Below, in pieces: positions 59,301 to 64,000 of a stretch of DNA of 64,000 nucleotides. This stretch comes from Halorussus marinus. Its GTDB lineage: Archaea > Halobacteriota > Halobacteria > Halobacteriales > Haladaptataceae. The number at the start of each line of letters is the position of its first letter. Within the stretch, counting starts at the first letter, position 1. Position numbers and translations under genes: made by a program. The notes under the pieces were generated by a model. It was given only the letters and a program-made list of their open reading frames with translations. It was not told the DNA's origin and ran no database searches. The stretch is taken from contig NZ_SBIV01000001.1 in the NCBI RefSeq assembly GCF_004765795.1, positions 682,001 through 746,000 of the forward strand. The letters run 5' to 3'.

Positions 59301-61634
59301 CTACGTGGCGTCCGGCTCGGTCAGCGCCCCCAACAGGTACTCGGCCCGCTCGGCGTCGAGCGGCTCGTTTGCGTTCCCGCAGTGGGGCGACTGGACGCAG
59401 GCCGGACACCCGCCGGTCGAGTCGCAGTCACAGCCGCCGATCATCTCGGCGGTGGTCGAAAGGAGCGACTCGACGGTCTCGTAGCCCTCCCGGACCAGTC
59501 CGACGCCGCCGGGGTAGCCGTCGTAGACGAAGATCGTGCTCTGGTCGGTGTGGGGGTGGCGGGGCGTCGACAGGCCGCCGATGTCGCCCCGATCGCAGAG
59601 GAGTTCGAGCGGGAACAGCGAGATCAGCCCGTGCTCGGCGGCGTGGATGGCGCCGGGGAAGTCCCCGCGCTCGCGCACCTCGGCCTCGACGTCGGCGGGG
59701 ACGGTGAAGTACAGCGCCGTCGTGGACAGCGACAGCTCCGGGAGGTCGAGCGACTCGCGAGCCAGCGCGTCGCCGGTGGTCCCGTCCCGGCGCTCGAACC
59801 CGGTGATCTGCTTGCGCATCGTGACGTCCGCGAGTCGGACCGGGACGTCCTCGCGGGTCGAGAGGCGCTTCTCGCGGCGGTCGGCTTCGACGGTGATGGC
59901 CTTCTCGTGGAGGACCTTGGTGTAGTAGTCGGCCCACGTCGGCGTGAGTTCGGCGACGCCGGCGTCGAGGTCCAGTTCGACCACCTCGTAGGCCTGCCCC
60001 TGGTGGTAGTAGATCGCGCCGGGGTGGGCGTCGGTCAGCGCGTCGCCAAATGGTAGGGTCGCGACGGTCTCGCCGTTCCTGCGGTCGAGCAGGTTCACCT
60101 CGCGGTCGTCGATGGTCCGGAGGCTCGTCTCGTGTTGGGGACTGCCGCCGCCGTCGTACGTCCACCGGACTCCCTCGGCGGTGGTGCGGCGCTCGAGTTC
60201 GCCCGCGTCTTCGAGCCCCGCGACCAGATCCGAAAACTCCTCGCCGAAGAAGCGCTCGTCGGCGGGTTCGAGCCACGTCTCGCGAGCCGCCGAGCGGACG
60301 TGATCGGGCATCAGTTCGTCGTTCGCGGGGTTCACGACCGCGCGCTCGGGGTCGCCGTCGAACAGCTCGTCGGGATCGCTCATCAGGTACTGGTCGAGTT
60401 GGTCCTCGCCCGCGACCAGCCCCACCAGCGCGGGGTCCTCGCCCCGGCCGGCGCGGCCGGCCTGCTGGAACGCCGCCATCCGAGTGCCGGGGTAGCCGTC
60501 GAGCAGGACGGCGTCGAGCCCGCCGATGTCGACCCCGAGCTCCAAGGCGTTCGTGCTCCAGACGCCCGGAATCTCGCCGTCCCGGAGCCCGTCTTCGATC
60601 TCGCTTCGTCGGTCGCGATCCAGCGCGGCCTGATACGCGGTCACGTCGGGCGCGAGGTCCCCGCGACCGCGCTCGCGGAGTTCGTCGGCGCTCTCCATCG
60701 CGTACCGCTCGGCGGCCTGTCGCGCCCGGGTGAACGTCAGCGTCTGGTAGCCCTTCGAGACGAGGTCGGCGAACAGCCGCTTGGTCTCGGTGTGGCTCGA
60801 CGTGCGGCGGCCGCTGGCTCCCGCCGCGGGGTTCTCGTACTCGGGCGGGTTCCACAATACCCAGTGGGTCGGGCCGGTCGCGCTCGCGTCCTCGTCGACG
60901 AGCCGGAACGATGATTCGGGCTCGCCGGTCACGCTCGCGGCGTGTTCGACCGGGTTGCCGATGGTGGCCGAACAGCAGACGAAATCGGGGTCCGAATCGT
61001 AGCGCTCACAGACCCGCCGGAGCCGGCGTACCACGAGCGAGACGTGGCTCCCGAACACCCCGCGGTACTCGTGGACCTCGTCGAGCACCACCGTTTCGAG
61101 GCCCTTGAAGAACCAGTCCCAGAGCCGGTAGGCGTGGGGCAACAGCGCGTAGTGGAGCATGTCCGGGGTCACGAGCAGGACGGTCGGCCGGCGGTCCCGG
61201 ACCGCCTCTTTGTCCGTCCGGTCGAGCCGACCGGTGTATCGCTCGACCGAGACGCGGCTCCCGAACCCGAGGTCGCGCGCGAGCCCCGACAGCGTCTCGT
61301 GCTGGTCGTTGATGAGCGCGACCTGCGGGGCGACGTAGAGAGTCCGCCCGCCGTGATCCATCGCGCGCTCGAACGCGGGGACGGTGTAGGTCAGGCTCTT
61401 GCCGCTGGCGGTCGGCGTGGCGACGACGGCGTTCGCCCCGCCGCGGACCGCCTCGACCGCGGCGGCCTGATGGCGGTAGAGCGCCTCGATCCCGCGGTCG
61501 GCGAGCGCCGACTCCAGTCGCGATTCGAGCGCCACGTCGCGGGTCTCGCCCGCCCGTCCGGGTCGGGTGCGGTGGGCCGCGATCTGGCCGTCGTAGTAGG
61601 GGCGCTCGCGGAGCCACTCGATTGTCTCGTCCAC
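59301..61634 (-). CDS. DEAD/DEAH helicase with DUF1998 (Hrq/YprA/MrfA-like)
   Basis: TPTASGKS, DEVH, SAT, QAGRAGR, CDC..GCPAC. Confidence 0.96.
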   Translation of the reverse strand: MDETIEWLRERPYYDGQIAAHRTRPGRAGETRDVALESRLESALADRGIEALYRHQAAAVEAVRGGANAVVATPTASGKSLTYTVPAFERAMDHGGRTLYVAPQVALINDQHETLSGLARDLGFGSRVSVERYTGRLDRTDKEAVRDRRPTVLLVTPDMLHYALLPHAYRLWDWFFKGLETVVLDEVHEYRGVFGSHVSLVVRRLRRVCERYDSDPDFVCCSATIGNPVEHAASVTGEPESSFRLVDEDASATGPTHWVLWNPPEYENPAAGASGRRTSSHTETKRLFADLVSKGYQTLTFTRARQAAERYAMESADELRERGRGDLAPDVTAYQAALDRDRRSEIEDGLRDGEIPGVWSTNALELGVDIGGLDAVLLDGYPGTRMAAFQQAGRAGRGEDPALVGLVAGEDQLDQYLMSDPDELFDGDPERAVVNPANDELMPDHVRSAARETWLEPADERFFGEEFSDLVAGLEDAGELERRTTAEGVRWTYDGGGSPQHETSLRTIDDREVNLLDRRNGETVATLPFGDALTDAHPGAIYYHQGQAYEVVELDLDAGVAELTPTWADYYTKVLHEKAITVEADRREKRLSTREDVPVRLADVTMRKQITGFERRDGTTGDALARESLDLPELSLSTTALYFTVPADVEAEVRERGDFPGAIHAAEHGLISLFPLELLCDRGDIGGLSTPRHPHTDQSTIFVYDGYPGGVGLVREGYETVESLLSTTAEMIGGCDCDSTGGCPACVQSPHCGNANEPLDAERAEYLLGALTEPDAT

Positions 61635-61738
61635 GTCCGGGCGGTAGGGGCCGGTCGTCTAACGCCTTTCGCCCCGGAGCGACCGCGATCGCCCGAGGCG
61701 GGCCGAACCCTTTTAATCGGGCGCCGAGATGTCGGCGC

Positions 61739-62695
61739 ATGGACCAACCGACCGCAACGAAGCGATGCGAGCGCGTCCTCGACGCGGTCGGCGACGCGGT
61801 CATCGCCGACCGGGAGTTCCTCGAAACCGTCCTCACCGGGATCCTCGCCCGGGGCCACGTCCTGCTGGAGGACGTGCCCGGCACGGGCAAGACCCTGACC
61901 GCCCGGAGCTTCGCCGACGCGCTCGGACTCTCGTTTTCGCGCATCCAGTTCACTCCCGACCTCCTCCCGGCCGACATCACCGGCTCGAACGTGTACAACG
62001 AGGGGACCGGCGACTTCGAGTTCTCGCCCGGCCCCGTCTTCGCGAACGTGGTACTGGCCGACGAGATCAACCGCGCGCCGCCCAAGACTCAGGCCGCGCT
62101 CCTCGAAGCCATGGGGGAAGGACAGGTCACCGTCGACGGCGACACCCACCGGCTCCCCGAGCCGTTCTTCGTGCTCGCGACCCAGAATCCGGTCGAACAG
62201 CAGGGCACCTTCGGCCTGCCGGAGGCCCAGCGCGACCGGTTCATCGTCAAGACCGAGATGGGCTACCCCGACTTCGACGGCGAGCGCGAACTCATCGACC
62301 GGCGGGCCGACCGGGTCGCGAAGGCCCCGAGCGTCGAGGCGGTCCTGCAGGGCCGGGAGGTCCCCGAGATCCAACGGGTGCTCGAAGGCATCCGGGTCGA
62401 CGACAAGCTCCGGGACTACGTGGTCGCGCTCGGGCGGGCGACCCGAGAGGACGACCGGATCGACGTCGGCGTCTCGCCGCGCGGAGTCCAGCGGCTGTTC
62501 GAGGCCGCCCGCGCCGGCGCGGTCGTCAACGGCCGCGACTACGTGGTGCCCGACGACGTCAAGCGGGTCGCACGGCCGGCGCTCGCCCATCGGCTGGTGC
62601 TGACCGACGAGGCGGGCGTCCGGGGCGTCGACCGGGAGGCGGTCGTCGCTGACGTGCTCGATCGGGTCGACGTGCCCGCTGTCACGCCCACCTGA
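61739..62695 (+). CDS. MoxR-family AAA+ ATPase
   Basis: DVPGTGKT, RIQFTPDLLPAD, ADEINRAPPKTQ, ATQNP; CGAA..TTTTAA promoter 28 nt before ATG. Confidence 0.96.
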   Translation: MDQPTATKRCERVLDAVGDAVIADREFLETVLTGILARGHVLLEDVPGTGKTLTARSFADALGLSFSRIQFTPDLLPADITGSNVYNEGTGDFEFSPGPVFANVVLADEINRAPPKTQAALLEAMGEGQVTVDGDTHRLPEPFFVLATQNPVEQQGTFGLPEAQRDRFIVKTEMGYPDFDGERELIDRRADRVAKAPSVEAVLQGREVPEIQRVLEGIRVDDKLRDYVVALGRATREDDRIDVGVSPRGVQRLFEAARAGAVVNGRDYVVPDDVKRVARPALAHRLVLTDEAGVRGVDREAVVADVLDRVDVPAVTPT

Positions 62696-62779
62696 GCGGC
62701 GCGCCGAACGTCATCGGGGCGGCTCCCGCGGGCCGGGAACCGCCGCAACTCGTTTTTCGCCCCGTTCGAATCGCCGTCC

Positions 62780-63073
62780 ATGGTCGAGAAAGCGAGACGC
62801 GCGAAGGTCGGACCCGCGCGTGCGGACCCGGACCGGACGTGGGAGGTGTTCGCCCGCGACGAGGCCGGCGACGACCCGCGGTACGTCGGGCGGGTTCGGG
62901 CGGGCGACGCCGACGCGGCCCACGCGGAGGCGAGTCGGCTGTTCTGCTGGTACGCCGCGGAGGTGTGGGTGGTTCCGTCGGCGGCGATCCGGACGTATGC
63001 GGTCGACGCCGCCGGCGAATCCGAGTCGGCGCTCCCGGAGACCGGCGACGAAGGCCGGACCCACGAGCTGTAA
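62780..63073 (+). CDS. Htur_1727-family / PaaB-like small protein
   Basis: WEVFARD...YVGRVRA...A..LF...VWVVP. Confidence 0.8.
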   Translation: MVEKARRAKVGPARADPDRTWEVFARDEAGDDPRYVGRVRAGDADAAHAEASRLFCWYAAEVWVVPSAAIRTYAVDAAGESESALPETGDEGRTHEL

Positions 63074-63095
63074 GTCCGCGCGACCGGCGGCCGGC

Positions 63096-64000
63096 TCACC
63101 GGAGCGCCGCCACCAGCAGGACGATCGCGCCGACCGCGCCGACGAGCGCGACGGTCACGCCGCCGACCGCCGTCGGCGCCGCCGACGGGATCGCGTCCGC
63201 CACGCCGTCGGCGGCCGCGAGCGCGAGCCCCCCGACCGCGACCGTTCCGACCGCGTGCAACAGTTCGGCGCGGCGGGTGTCGGCTCGCCGACCGACCTCG
63301 GCGCCGAGCGTCGTCGCGAACTCCCCCGCGTCCCAGACGACGAGCGCGAGCGCGAGCCCCGCGAGCACCGTCCAGAGGGGCACGTCAAGCGTCCCCGCGA
63401 ACGCCGCCGCGACGAACAGCCCGCCGGCCGCGAGCGACGGCCCGGCGATCGCGTCGGCGACGAGCCCGATCGCGAAGCAAAACCAGAGGGCGAACACGCC
63501 GAGCGCCGCCAGAAACGCCACCAGCGCGGCGAGCCCGACGACGACGGTCTCGGCGCCGTAGAAGTCGACGACTCCCCCAGAGAGCCGGCGGAACTGGTCG
63601 GCGAGCGCCGCGTCGAGCCGCCCGGCGACGAACGCGACCAGTCCGTCGACGACCCGTTCGCCGGCGACCCACGACGCGGCGGCGATCGCGACGCCCGCGG
63701 CGTACGGCGCGTAGCCGACGAGCAGGTCGGCGGTCGGCGTGCGGGCCGACCCTCTCACGAGCCCGAGCGCGACCGCGACCGCGAGCGCGCCGACGGTCAG
63801 CCCGACGAGGGCGCGGCGAAGCCCGGTGTCGGTGGTCACGTCGACGAGCGGATCGAAGGCGGCGGGCGGGAGCGCCGCGCGGAGGGCGTCGGTCGGGACC
63901 GCGACGCCGACGAGGAGTGCGATCGGGAGCGCGGCCAGCGCCGCGGTCGCGACCCAGACCGCCGCGCGGTCGAGGGCGTCCGCGACGGCCGCCACTTCGA
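63096..64000 (-). CDS. multi-pass membrane protein (5' end outside window)
   Basis: VVWDAGEFATTLGAEVG...ELLHA motif typical of haloarchaeal DUF58/MoxR-associated membrane proteins. Confidence 0.8.
   Translation of the reverse strand, partial: EVAAVADALDRAAVWVATAALAALPIALLVGVAVPTDALRAALPPAAFDPLVDVTTDTGLRRALVGLTVGALAVAVALGLVRGSARTPTADLLVGYAPYAAGVAIAAASWVAGERVVDGLVAFVAGRLDAALADQFRRLSGGVVDFYGAETVVVGLAALVAFLAALGVFALWFCFAIGLVADAIAGPSLAAGGLFVAAAFAGTLDVPLWTVLAGLALALVVWDAGEFATTLGAEVGRRADTRRAELLHAVGTVAVGGLALAAADGVADAIPSAAPTAVGGVTVALVGAVGAIVLLVAALR

Noticed and set aside
51982..61634. HerA + DUF1998 helicase + DinB as a defence system (DISARM/Druantia/Nezha-like)
   Set aside because: The genes are separated by unrelated housekeeping genes, have core-like codon usage, and lack partner methylase, nuclease or Sir2 genes
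1..64000. Numerous long Arg/Pro-rich overlapping ORFs (e.g. 15996..18740, 23126..25552, 41530..44391, 47595..50312)
   Set aside because: Shadow frames caused by high GC; they lack motifs and the acidic composition of haloarchaeal proteins
1..64000. CRISPR array, cas genes, IS transposase, intact integrase, rRNA
   Set aside because: No regularly spaced repeats or diagnostic motifs found by eye

Overview
GC-rich chromosomal window from a halophilic archaeon (class Halobacteria). This is inferred from the acidic proteins, Tat lipoproteins, halocyanins, leaderless genes with BRE/TATA about 25 nt upstream, and an intron-containing tRNA-Trp. About 60 CDS are supported. They include acyl-CoA/aromatic catabolism genes (PaaI-like thioesterase, enoyl-CoA hydratase, MaoC, paaK), guaB, a DHH-TrkA protein, a CdpB1-like PRC-barrel protein, an RND/MMPL exporter with a TrmB-family regulator, dinB, a SufS-SufU fusion, a DUF1998 helicase and MoxR. 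Two tRNAs (Trp-CCA with a C/D-box intron; Lys-CTT) each have a compositionally atypical accessory islet at their 3' side. The most notable candidates are: (1) an uncharacterised three-gene cluster (37.7-39.4 kb) whose promoter is covered by tandem DtxR-type boxes; (2) a wHTH-sensor/STAND-like NTPase/TPR (NLR-like) protein in the tRNA-Lys islet; (3) a tRNA-derived hairpin element with tandem G.A mini-hairpins next to tRNA-Lys; (4) a SufS-SufU fusion; and (5) a two-membrane-protein plus degenerate RecA/KaiC-like cassette. No CRISPR array, rRNA, transposase or intact integrase was seen. Family names come from motif recognition, not database searches.
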